Virus record (IMG/VR): IMGVR_UViG_3300022753_000047
Length of the DNA: 62,110 bases
Source of the DNA: a virus
Taxonomy: Duplodnaviria; Heunggongvirae; Uroviricota; Caudoviricetes
Strand: one strand, 5' to 3'
Part shown: in pieces, positions 38,587 through 47,258 of the stretch
Layout of the letters: each line of letters starts with the position of its first letter
Position numbering within the stretch: position 1 is the stretch's first letter
Notes under the pieces: generated by a model
Databases searched by the model: none
What the model was told of the DNA's origin: nothing
The model's input: only the letters and a program-made list of their open reading frames with translations
Position numbers and translations under genes: made by a program

Positions 38587-39519
38587 ATGGCAAAAGAGTT
38601 TGATATTTACCTCAATAATCGACTGACGCAATGCGACATTATCGTCTATTCAATTCCGTATCGAGATGGTCTGACGGTTATGAACCGCATCATTCTCGAA
38701 AGCTGTCTGGATAACTATCTTCTCCAGAAGTTTGTGGCGGCGCAGACGAGTTCTGAGCTGATCGCTCACATCGACGAGATGATTAAAATCTGCCGTGAAA
38801 AGCTGAGTGTAGGAATGGCTATTGGCGCTGATGCGGAGATGTCTGTTCATTACGCCCTGTCCCCAGAGGATGCTTCTATTATTCTGGGACAAAACGATGT
38901 GGCGTTGACAGCATCTTCCTTCATCGCCGCCGAAAGCACTGTTGAACTGGATGTAGAGCCGCTTCTGGCTCTCGTCGGCAAATCTCTCGGCGGTGGTGAG
39001 AGTTCCATCCTTTTTGACCAGTCGGTCTACAAGGAGATCAAGAACAGCATTGAGCGGTATGAAGACGGCGTTGGAGTTTCTGCACAGGTAACAGGCACCG
39101 CTAAGCGTGGAAGTATTTCGGTTGAGAGTGCTGTCGTTCCAATGGCAGATGTGACAGACCTTTGTTATCGTCTGCACTGTGCTGGAGAGACCGCTTTCTC
39201 TCTTGCTGCCTCTGTTCTTGGGACTGAAATTCACTTCTCTCTCGGTTCGGGCACATCCGACATCGTTCTTGGTGCAGAAGTGGATGGCGACAGAACAACC
39301 AAGTTCGAGACTGCGCAAAACACGCTTATGCTTTTGGCAGAGCTGACTGACCAGCTTACACAGTTCATGGAGCCGGAGTCTACGGTAGTTGAGCTGTTTG
39401 CAGATATGCAGCCCATCGTTAAGCGGCACAGGCTGCTGGGAGAGATGGACGAAAATACGCTTGTGTCTTTTGACGAGATGACGCTCGCAGAATTAGACTA
39501 CATCATTTTAGAACCATAA
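38587..39519 (+). CDS. Tail-region hypothetical protein
   Basis: 310-aa ORF with SD GAGGTGG. Confidence 0.65.
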   Translation: MAKEFDIYLNNRLTQCDIIVYSIPYRDGLTVMNRIILESCLDNYLLQKFVAAQTSSELIAHIDEMIKICREKLSVGMAIGADAEMSVHYALSPEDASIILGQNDVALTASSFIAAESTVELDVEPLLALVGKSLGGGESSILFDQSVYKEIKNSIERYEDGVGVSAQVTGTAKRGSISVESAVVPMADVTDLCYRLHCAGETAFSLAASVLGTEIHFSLGSGTSDIVLGAEVDGDRTTKFETAQNTLMLLAELTDQLTQFMEPESTVVELFADMQPIVKRHRLLGEMDENTLVSFDEMTLAELDYIILEP

Positions 39520-39535
39520 ATAGGGGGTGAAACTT

Positions 39536-40129
39536 ATGTTTTATATCAAGCTGGATGACAGCATGAACCTGGTCATTACGGCTCGTGAGCCACTGTTCCG
39601 TGGCGACAATCTGAACCGCAAAATCGTATATCTGATGCCTCTGACGGTCGGCGATATCGATATGCTGACCGCCTATGTATATCTGAACTACATCCGTGCT
39701 GATGGCGTGGCAGATGTGGTTGTGCTGGAGCGCATGGAGGAAATGTACAACGAGGACTACTACCAGTACACATTTCCCGTCACTTGCAAGCTGACGAAGT
39801 ATCCGGGCGAGGTCTGCACATGGATGCAAATCTACACTGGCACCCCCTCCAACCCGAGCATTCAGAAAACTGGCGAATGTATGCTCCAAATTCAGGAGTC
39901 CAAGAACATCGACAACTATCTCTGCGATCATCAGGTTACCGCAATCTATCAGCTTCAGAAGCAACTTGAGGGTGGCAGCACTGGTGGCGATAGTTCAGAT
40001 GATACTGGTGATACTCCCGATTGGGAGGATATGGATGGTGCTACCGAAGAGGATGCCACTATGCCAGACTGGGAGGACATGGACACTCCCAACACGGACT
40101 CAGGTGGTGAAACCTGGGACGATATGTAA
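39536..40129 (+). CDS. Baseplate/fibre adaptor with triple Trp-acidic C-terminal motif
   Basis: BppU-like N-terminus; C-terminal PDWEDM, PDWEDM, TWDDM in an acidic low-complexity tail. Confidence 0.7.
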   Translation: MFYIKLDDSMNLVITAREPLFRGDNLNRKIVYLMPLTVGDIDMLTAYVYLNYIRADGVADVVVLERMEEMYNEDYYQYTFPVTCKLTKYPGEVCTWMQIYTGTPSNPSIQKTGECMLQIQESKNIDNYLCDHQVTAIYQLQKQLEGGSTGGDSSDDTGDTPDWEDMDGATEEDATMPDWEDMDTPNTDSGGETWDDM

Positions 40130-40189
40130 ACAAGCAACGCCGATGCAGAGTGTCGGCGATGTTATATCAAACTAAGTAAGGAGGTAAAA

Positions 40190-41479
40190 ATGGCTAAAGT
40201 AAGATATGTGCAAGGCAAAAAGTCGTCTTACCTTGCTCTTGGCAGCTATGATCCTTTGGCTCTGTATTTCTGCACAGATACCAATGAGCTTTTCAAGGGC
40301 GACCAGCTCTACAGCGACGGTGTTCGCATCGTTCTGAACTATGCGAGCCTGCCTGCATTCAATGTGGCTGCTGACGGCATCCTGTACTTCTGCAAGGACA
40401 ATGGTTGTGGCTATGTCCTGAATGAAGAGCGCAATGGTTGGCTGGCTGTGATCCACGGCATTGACAATGAAACCATCGGCTTGAATGACAACGGCCTCAT
40501 GGCTGTTGTGGCAGTGCCTATCGCAAAGGTCACTGGTCTGGCAGAGGAACTGCAGCGCATTGAGGCAGTTGCTATTGCTGGCGGCTCTATTGCCACGGCT
40601 GAGTCCGCAGGCATTGTGAAGCCCGGTAGTGAGTTTGCAGTTGCTGCCGATGGCACCATGTCTCTGGTTGCTATCGAGATCACCAAGGTAACTGGTCTTG
40701 AGGAGAGATTGTCTGCTGTTGAGCAGGCCGTTGTTGGCGGCGTGCATTATCGTGGCGGCGTTGACACCTTTGAAGACCTGCCTACTGATGCCGCAGAGGG
40801 CGACCTGTATGAAGTGTACTCTGATAACAGCGAGTGGTGCTTCAACGGCGAGAAATGGTTCGAGTACGGCAAGACGACCGATATTGACCTGTCTGGCTAT
40901 GCCGAAAAGGACGAAGTTCGTGCCATCGCAAAGATGGTAGACTATGAGATCGCCCATAAGCCCGAGGGTACACTGGTGAATTACTCTGACGAGGAAATTC
41001 GTGTGATGTGTCCTTCCGGCACTGAGTGGGAACTGCAGCAGTCCGGTGCCGGTGCTGATCCTAACGCCTATTACATCGGGTTTAAGGCTTATGCTCCCAG
41101 TGACGATGTTGTGAGCTTCAAGGAAGACCTGGCGGAGATCATCAGCGATACCACCATGTACTACTTCGAGGGCAACGATTTTGCTGGCACTGACGAGCAT
41201 GGCCGCAAGTACAGCATCGTCTGGCTCCCCGTAGCCAAGTATGACGAAGCATCTGCTTCCTGGACTTACTACGGTGGTATGTCTTCTGACGAGAAGTACA
41301 TCGGCTGGTACTACTCTGTTGAGTGGTATAACGCTGATGGGCTGAAAGTTGCCGCTGACACCATCAGAATCAACCTCTCTAACGAGGATTGCCATGCAAA
41401 GGCTGAGCCTTTCTACATGGCACAGGTTAAGGCTTCCATCGCAGCTCTCGAAGAGAGTCTGTCTTGGGAGGAAATCTAA
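40190..41479 (+). CDS. Tail fibre subunit
   Basis: N-terminal LYFCTDTNELF module, KPGSEFAVAADGT repeat-type motif, ends SWEEI. Confidence 0.7.
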   Translation: MAKVRYVQGKKSSYLALGSYDPLALYFCTDTNELFKGDQLYSDGVRIVLNYASLPAFNVAADGILYFCKDNGCGYVLNEERNGWLAVIHGIDNETIGLNDNGLMAVVAVPIAKVTGLAEELQRIEAVAIAGGSIATAESAGIVKPGSEFAVAADGTMSLVAIEITKVTGLEERLSAVEQAVVGGVHYRGGVDTFEDLPTDAAEGDLYEVYSDNSEWCFNGEKWFEYGKTTDIDLSGYAEKDEVRAIAKMVDYEIAHKPEGTLVNYSDEEIRVMCPSGTEWELQQSGAGADPNAYYIGFKAYAPSDDVVSFKEDLAEIISDTTMYYFEGNDFAGTDEHGRKYSIVWLPVAKYDEASASWTYYGGMSSDEKYIGWYYSVEWYNADGLKVAADTIRINLSNEDCHAKAEPFYMAQVKASIAALEESLSWEEI

Positions 41480-41509
41480 TCAAACAATATTAAATAGGAG
41501 GAAATAACT

Positions 41510-43183
41510 ATGGCTAATGTTATGTTCAAGAAGGGCTTACTGGCCAACCTGCCTGCCAGCTATGCCGAGGGCACTTTCTATGTGACCACCGACGAGCGTG
41601 CCATCTATCTGGATGTTGACAACTCTACTCGCATCCGCATTGGCGACTTCCAGGAGTTCGCTACCCTGGAGGCTCTGCAGGCCAACAGCAATCCCAGCAC
41701 TTCTGCTCTGTACTACATCTCCGGCCTGAATGTTCTGGCCAAGTGGAATGGCACTGACTATGTCCAGATCAACCTGGATACCGGCGCTACCTCTTTCGAG
41801 GTTGTCGGCGAGGGCAATGCCATCACCTCTGTTTCCTACAATGCTACTACTCGTAAGCTGACCCTGACCAAGGGCGAGACTTTTGCCACCAAGGCTGAGT
41901 TGAACGCTCTGGATGCCCGTGTTGGTGCTATCCCCGAGGGTTACACCGAGGAGACTATCGTTGCCTACATCAACAAGAAGGCCGAGGAGACCCTGAATGC
42001 TGCTTCCGGCGGTTCTTCCGAGTCTGCCGCTTCTGTTCTGGCTGCGCTGAATACCTACAAGTCTGAGAACGATCCCAAGGTTACCGACCTGCAGACTCGC
42101 ATGGCTGCTGCCGAGGGCGAGATTGATGCCCTGCAGGCTATTGACCACGAGGCTTACATTGCCGCTGACGAGCAGGTTCTGGCCGATGCCAAGGATTACG
42201 CTGAGGAGCAGGCTGGTGCAGTTGATACCAAGCTGACCGAGGAAGTCAATCGTGCCAAGGCCGCAGAGGAGGCCAATGCCGCCGCTGCCAAGGCCGCTGA
42301 CGATAAGGCTGTTGCCGCTCAGGAGGATGTGGATGCTCTGGCTGAGAAGGTTGGCGAGGTTCCTGCTGATAAGACTGTCGTTCAGATGATCTCTGACGCT
42401 CAGACTGCAGCTACCTACGATGACACTCAGGTTAAGGCTGACATCGCTGCCAATGCTGAAGCCATTCGTGTTGAGAAGGAGCGTATGGATGCCTTCATGA
42501 CTCTGGAGGATGGCGAGACCCTGAACGCCGCTCTGGACAGCCTGAAGGAGATTCAGGACTTCATCACCAATGAGGCTGCTGACGCTGATGTCTTGCTGGG
42601 CAAGGTTTCTGCTCTGGAAGCTATCGTTGCTGGCATCGGCGGCGAGGGTGAGCCCGCAACTGTGGTCGCTTATGTGACTGCTGCTATCGAGGCTCTGAAG
42701 ATCGGCGACTACGCAAAGGCTGCTGATCTGACCGCTCTGGCTGATCGTGTTGCTGCTATGGAGGCCAAGGTTTCCAACTGGGATGCCGCTGAGCAGAATG
42801 CCAAGGATTATGCCGATGGTTTGAACACTGCTATGGACACCCGCGTTAAGGCTCTGGAAGAGATCGACCACGACGCCTATGTCGCTGCTGACGAGCAGGT
42901 TCTGTCTGAGGCTAAGGCTTATGCCGACCAGGCTGAAGCTGATGCCCTGGCTGCCGCCAAGGAGCACGCAAACGGTCTGGACGCTGCTATGGATGCTCGT
43001 GTCGATGCCCTGGAGGCTATTGACCACAACGCCTATGTTGCTGCCGACGCCACCAATCTGCAGGCAGCTAAGGACTATGCTGATGGTCTGGCTGGCAACT
43101 ACGATGCTTCTGGCTCTGCCGCTGCCGCTGAGGCTGCCGCAAAGGCTTACACCGACAACGCCATGGCCTGGGGTTCTTTCTAA
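41510..43183 (+). CDS. Coiled-coil tail fibre subunit
   Basis: N-terminal FYVTTDERAIY module; Ala/Asp/Glu-rich internal repeats (IDHxAYxAAD x3); ends AWGSF. Confidence 0.75.
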   Translation: MANVMFKKGLLANLPASYAEGTFYVTTDERAIYLDVDNSTRIRIGDFQEFATLEALQANSNPSTSALYYISGLNVLAKWNGTDYVQINLDTGATSFEVVGEGNAITSVSYNATTRKLTLTKGETFATKAELNALDARVGAIPEGYTEETIVAYINKKAEETLNAASGGSSESAASVLAALNTYKSENDPKVTDLQTRMAAAEGEIDALQAIDHEAYIAADEQVLADAKDYAEEQAGAVDTKLTEEVNRAKAAEEANAAAAKAADDKAVAAQEDVDALAEKVGEVPADKTVVQMISDAQTAATYDDTQVKADIAANAEAIRVEKERMDAFMTLEDGETLNAALDSLKEIQDFITNEAADADVLLGKVSALEAIVAGIGGEGEPATVVAYVTAAIEALKIGDYAKAADLTALADRVAAMEAKVSNWDAAEQNAKDYADGLNTAMDTRVKALEEIDHDAYVAADEQVLSEAKAYADQAEADALAAAKEHANGLDAAMDARVDALEAIDHNAYVAADATNLQAAKDYADGLAGNYDASGSAAAAEAAAKAYTDNAMAWGSF

Positions 43184-43237
43184 TTAAAGAGCCCGGAAAA
43201 TGAAAAAGCCGCTGTGAAGCGGCTTATATAGGTTGCT

Positions 43238-43276
43238 GAGAGTGGGGCGAGCAATAGCTCGCTCCCTCTCTTTTTA
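43238..43276 (+). terminator. Intrinsic terminator
   Basis: GAGAG..GGGGCGAGC-AATA-GCTCGCTCC.CTCTC-TTTTT; preceded by an AAGCCGCT-GTGA-AGCGGCTT hairpin (43206-43225). Confidence 0.75.
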
Positions 43277-43306
43277 TATTCGGAATGAAAGAATGGAGGC
43301 TATAGA

Positions 43307-43729
43307 ATGGCACTCTTTAAGATTCTCAAGGGCGACAGCTCACGCATTGACATGAGTATCACCCCTTTTCATGACGGATACGCATATTTCACCCCCGATG
43401 ACGGTGGTTTCTACATCGACTCTGAGGATAACGGTGAACAGAAGCGTATTCGTATTAACCCCCAGAACAGCGGCAGCAGCACTGCGAAAACATCCACACT
43501 GCTGGCATCTGGCTGGTCTGGTGGACAGCAGACATTGACCATTGAGGGTGTGACTGCTGACTCCAATGGCGTGATTGGTGTAACACAGGATATCTCTGAT
43601 GCACAGATGGAGGCCGCAAAGAATGCAGAGCTGTATGTGTGTGGTCAGGGCAATGCAACGCTCACAGTCGCTGTGTTCGGTGAGACTCCGACCTGTGATA
43701 TCCCCGTTGTGGTCATCCTGATTGGTTAA
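43307..43729 (+). CDS. Fibre adaptor protein A
   Basis: N-terminal YFTPDDGGFY module; C-terminal domain paralogous to the next gene. Confidence 0.7.
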   Translation: MALFKILKGDSSRIDMSITPFHDGYAYFTPDDGGFYIDSEDNGEQKRIRINPQNSGSSTAKTSTLLASGWSGGQQTLTIEGVTADSNGVIGVTQDISDAQMEAAKNAELYVCGQGNATLTVAVFGETPTCDIPVVVILIG

Positions 43730-43749
43730 GGCGGGAAGGTGGTATTCAT

Positions 43750-44154
43750 ATGAGTGAAACTACTAACTACGGTCTGTACTTAACCAACGATAGTTCGGAA
43801 AGATTCCTGGACTGGCGTGAAAAAATGAACGGAACAGAGGATTCTAACATGATGAAAATCGATGCCGCTCTCGGCGCAAAGGCAAACAGCAGCGTACCCG
43901 TTTACGCCACTTTGCTTGCGTCTGCATGGGTTGGTGTTGATGCGCCCTACACACAGGAACTTTCCGTTGAAGGTCTTCTGAAAGACACCAACGGCATTAT
44001 CGATGTAGCGCACGATGCTACAGCCGACCAGAGAGAAATCGCTCGTGAAGCACTGCTCTCTGTTATTGGGCAGGAGGATGGAAAGCTCATCATCGTTGCA
44101 GACGGTGAAATGCCCGAGTTCGATATCCCTGTGTACATCATTCTATTAGGTTAA
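43750..44154 (+). CDS. Fibre adaptor protein B
   Basis: C-terminal TLLASAW...DIPVYIILLG domain shared with 43307-43729. Confidence 0.7.
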   Translation: MSETTNYGLYLTNDSSERFLDWREKMNGTEDSNMMKIDAALGAKANSSVPVYATLLASAWVGVDAPYTQELSVEGLLKDTNGIIDVAHDATADQREIAREALLSVIGQEDGKLIIVADGEMPEFDIPVYIILLG

Positions 44155-44168
44155 AAGGAGGGCGCAAA

Positions 44169-46124
44169 ATGCCTATTTTATCAAACTTCCCCGGTGGTAG
44201 CGGTTCAGGCAGCGGCGGTCTGGCTCTTGCTGCTGTTTCCGGCATTACCACGCTGGTTTCTTCCGGCAAAGTCTATGTGAAGTGGACTGACCCCGATGAT
44301 CTGGTCGTTGCTGATTCCACACTGGCCGCTTGGGGCGGCACTCTGCTGGTTCGTAAGGCAGGTTCTATGCCCTCAAGCCGTCGTGATGGCACCATTGTGC
44401 TGGACAGCACGACCCGTAACGCATACACCAATTCCTATTTCTGTGATAGTGGTCTGACTGATGGTGTGACCTACTATTACAAGTTCTTCCCATACACCAC
44501 GACTGGTACATATACCGACAGCACCGATGACGAGTTCAGCGCAACCCCTACGGCTCAGGTCGCAGGTATCTCAAGCTGGGTCGTTACCAGTATGTCCGCC
44601 TCTTCTGAAGCTGGCGACGGTAAGATGACCATCAAGTGGACTGATCCCGCAGCTACAATCACCTCTGACGGTGTTACTCTGGCAACCTGGGCAAGCACTA
44701 CTGTTGTTGTCAAGGCTGGCAGCTACGCCACCAGCAAGGATGATTCCAGTGCTGCTTACACGCTAAAAGTAACTACTCGCAATCAGTATTCCAGCACTGC
44801 TCTGACAGTGAGCGGCCTGACCAATGGTACGAAGTATTACATCAGCTTCTTCCCCGAGACTACGGATGGCGGTATCAACACCGCTACCTCCCAGAGAACG
44901 ACTGGTACGGCCAACCGTATCTCCATCAGCACTACGCCCTCTCAGAGCGGTACGCTGACCTACAACGGTAATTCCCAGTCTCCCTCCTGGAGTAACTACA
45001 GCACTACTCAGTTGACTCTGGGTGGCACCACTTCTGGCACAAACGCTGGCAGCTACAATGCCACCTTTACTCCGAAGACAGACTATCGTTGGAGCGATGG
45101 CACTACGACTGCAAAGACGGTTGCCTGGTCTATTGGTAAGGCTGCAGGTTCTCTGACTCTGAGCACCTCAAGTGTTACGCTGAACGCCAGCACCACGAGC
45201 ACCACAGTCACTGTGACTCGTGCTGGTGATGGTACGATCACTGCAACTTCCGACGCTACAAGCATTGCGACTGTCTCTGTCAGTGGTAACACCTTGACCA
45301 TTAAGAGCGTGAATGATACCACTGGTACTGCCACGATCACGGTCAAGGTTGCGGCAGGCACGAACCACAACGCTCCGTCCAACAAGACGATTGCTGTTAC
45401 TGCACAGTTCCTGCCCGACAAGAAGACCTTGGAGAATACCACATGGGAAGAGCTGAGCCAGATTGCTAAGGCTGGCAAGGTTGCCGATTACATGACCAGT
45501 AGCGGCGGTTCATGGGCTATTGGCGATACTAAGAGCATGAGCTTCAACGGTACGACCTACTATGTACAGCTTATTGGGACTGAGCATGACACACCTTCCG
45601 ATACTTCTGCCTATGGTCAGAGCAAGGCTGGCTTGACATTCCAGTTCGGTGTTGCCAACGATAGCAGCAAGAATGGTATGTACGCAACAACCTATCCCAT
45701 GAACAGTTCTAACACCAACTCTGGTGGTTGGACAAGCTGTGTGATGCGCTCTACAACCATGGGCACCATGAAGGGCTATCTGCCCACGGAGCTGCAGAAT
45801 GTGTTGGTAGCTGTCAATAAGCTGACTTCTGCTGGCTCTCAGAGCTCCACCATCAACACGACAAGCGATGAGCTGTTCCTCCTGAGTGAGATCGAAATCT
45901 TCGGTTCCACAACCTATTCTTTTGCTGGCGAGGGTACGCAGTATGCGTTCTATTCTGCCGGTAATAGCAAGGTGCGTTACAGAAGCGGCTCCTCCTACGG
46001 CTGGTGGGAGCGTTCTCCTTATTCGAGCAACAGCGCTAATTTCTGTATTGTCAACACCGGCGGCGGCGCCGGCAGCTACATCGCCGGCAACAGTGGTGGC
46101 GTGTCTTTCGGCTTCTGTATTTAA
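44169..46124 (+). CDS. DGR target: receptor-binding tail fibre (2x FN3-like, Ig-like, C-terminal variable domain)
   Basis: Two KWTDP...SGLTxGxxYY repeats, Ig-like segment, C-terminal WWERSP...GVSFGFCI containing the VR. Confidence 0.92.
   Translation: MPILSNFPGGSGSGSGGLALAAVSGITTLVSSGKVYVKWTDPDDLVVADSTLAAWGGTLLVRKAGSMPSSRRDGTIVLDSTTRNAYTNSYFCDSGLTDGVTYYYKFFPYTTTGTYTDSTDDEFSATPTAQVAGISSWVVTSMSASSEAGDGKMTIKWTDPAATITSDGVTLATWASTTVVVKAGSYATSKDDSSAAYTLKVTTRNQYSSTALTVSGLTNGTKYYISFFPETTDGGINTATSQRTTGTANRISISTTPSQSGTLTYNGNSQSPSWSNYSTTQLTLGGTTSGTNAGSYNATFTPKTDYRWSDGTTTAKTVAWSIGKAAGSLTLSTSSVTLNASTTSTTVTVTRAGDGTITATSDATSIATVSVSGNTLTIKSVNDTTGTATITVKVAAGTNHNAPSNKTIAVTAQFLPDKKTLENTTWEELSQIAKAGKVADYMTSSGGSWAIGDTKSMSFNGTTYYVQLIGTEHDTPSDTSAYGQSKAGLTFQFGVANDSSKNGMYATTYPMNSSNTNSGGWTSCVMRSTTMGTMKGYLPTELQNVLVAVNKLTSAGSQSSTINTTSDELFLLSEIEIFGSTTYSFAGEGTQYAFYSAGNSKVRYRSGSSYGWWERSPYSSNSANFCIVNTGGGAGSYIAGNSGGVSFGFCI
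45986..46117 (+). repeat. DGR variable repeat (VR), 132 bp
   Basis: Ungapped alignment to 46877-47008; 20 mismatches, all opposite TR adenines (13 A>G, 6 A>T, 1 A>C). Confidence 0.98.
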
Positions 46125-46145
46125 CCCTATAACCCAATGGTTGCG

Positions 46146-46222
46146 GGCTGTCTCACTCCGTACAGGAGTGAACAGGCCGTTCTTTTATTGTCTCAGGCTA
46201 CACTCTCCCCGTTTAGGGGAGA
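46146..46222 (+). other. Hairpins downstream of VR (putative DGR target-recognition cruciform)
   Basis: TCACTCC-GTACA-GGAGTGA (46153-46171) and TCTCCCC-GTTTA-GGGGAGA (46204-46222). Confidence 0.65.
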
Positions 46223-46267
46223 TGTGTATGCCTGCGATGATACAAGGTTGTAGGGTGGTTTGCGATT

Positions 46268-46297
46268 AAAGGTGACCCTCCTTTGCGGTAATGGGTG
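46268..46297 (+). repeat. Conserved element, copy 3, upstream of avd
   Basis: AAAGGTGACCCTCCTTTGCGGTAATGGGTG, 26/30 identical to the reverse complement of 63-92. Confidence 0.75.
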
Positions 46298-46331
46298 GCC
46301 TATAAACAATTTTGAATGAAAGGGTGAAATC

Positions 46332-46805
46332 ATGTCGGTTTACAAATCCAGGCGAGGAACCAGTGCCGTGCAGTATGTGGAAACAGCCAGACAGTTGCAG
46401 ATTTTTACCATCAGCAACTGTGTTAAGTTTCCCAAGCGGTATACCTACCTCGTCGTCAACAAACTTGCGTCCCTTGCGGAAGATATTGATACCCATGTGC
46501 GTATTGCGGAAGCGATTATGCCAACCAATCTGCATGAAGCGCAGATGCGTCGAGATGAGTTTAATCTTGCTTTCGGCTTACTCAACAGTTTAGACGATAA
46601 GCTGCAGCTCATGTATGACATCGTGAAGAAAAATCCGAACTGGAAGACGGAATTCAAATGGCTTCCTAACGCAATGCTTGAGTGGGGCAATTTGATCCAA
46701 AAGGAGAAAAATTTAATTGTCGGAGTTAAGAAAACAGACCGCAAACGGTTCAGTAAGTTCACGACCGACGAAGATGTGGAAGCATCTATTTCAACTGAGG
46801 AATAA
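46332..46805 (+). CDS. avd: DGR accessory variability determinant (four-helix bundle)
   Basis: MSVYKSRR N-terminus, KFPKRYTY motif, 157 aa, located between VR and TR. Confidence 0.88.
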   Translation: MSVYKSRRGTSAVQYVETARQLQIFTISNCVKFPKRYTYLVVNKLASLAEDIDTHVRIAEAIMPTNLHEAQMRRDEFNLAFGLLNSLDDKLQLMYDIVKKNPNWKTEFKWLPNAMLEWGNLIQKEKNLIVGVKKTDRKRFSKFTTDEDVEASISTEE

Positions 46806-46876
46806 GCAGTAATGCTTTTCTTAGGTCAAGCCTCGTCCTTGTTCTCGTTGCGTGTTTTTTGCAGCCGTGGGTTTCT

Positions 46877-47008
46877 CGGCTCCACCAACAACTGGTGGGA
46901 GCGTTCTCCTAATTCGAGCAACAGCACTAATTTCTGTAATGTCAACACCAACGGCAACGCCAACAACAACAACGCCAGCAACAGTAATGGCGTGTCTTTC
47001 GGATTCTG
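46877..47008 (+). ncRNA. DGR template repeat (TR), part of the DGR RNA
   Basis: 39 adenines, 15 AAY codons in the VR frame; identical to VR at every non-A position. Confidence 0.97.
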
Positions 47009-47258
47009 CGGTACATAGTCAATCAAAGTAACCTAACCAAGGCGAAATTTGTACTTCCGCTGAAGGGAGGCTTGTTCCTGTGGCTTGTGCATACAAGCCC
47101 AAAACAGTGTGTCGATAGTCTACACCGGACGCTTCTTGCATGGTCGGCAAAGGCGTGGTAGCCGATTTCATGGTGGGAGACTTACGCAGTTAGAATACAC
47201 GCTCCATAACAATACTGTACGGCGCACCCAAATCTATATAAGGAAAGAAGGGTTAGAT

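Noticed and set aside
46937-46990. AAC microsatellite-like run
   Set aside because: Explained by TR AAY codons; not a slippage repeat or CRISPR array. No CRISPR array was seen anywhere in the window
46812-47018. 68-aa Asn-rich ORF
   Set aside because: It is the TR read in the VR frame; TRs are stop-free by design, and it has no convincing SD
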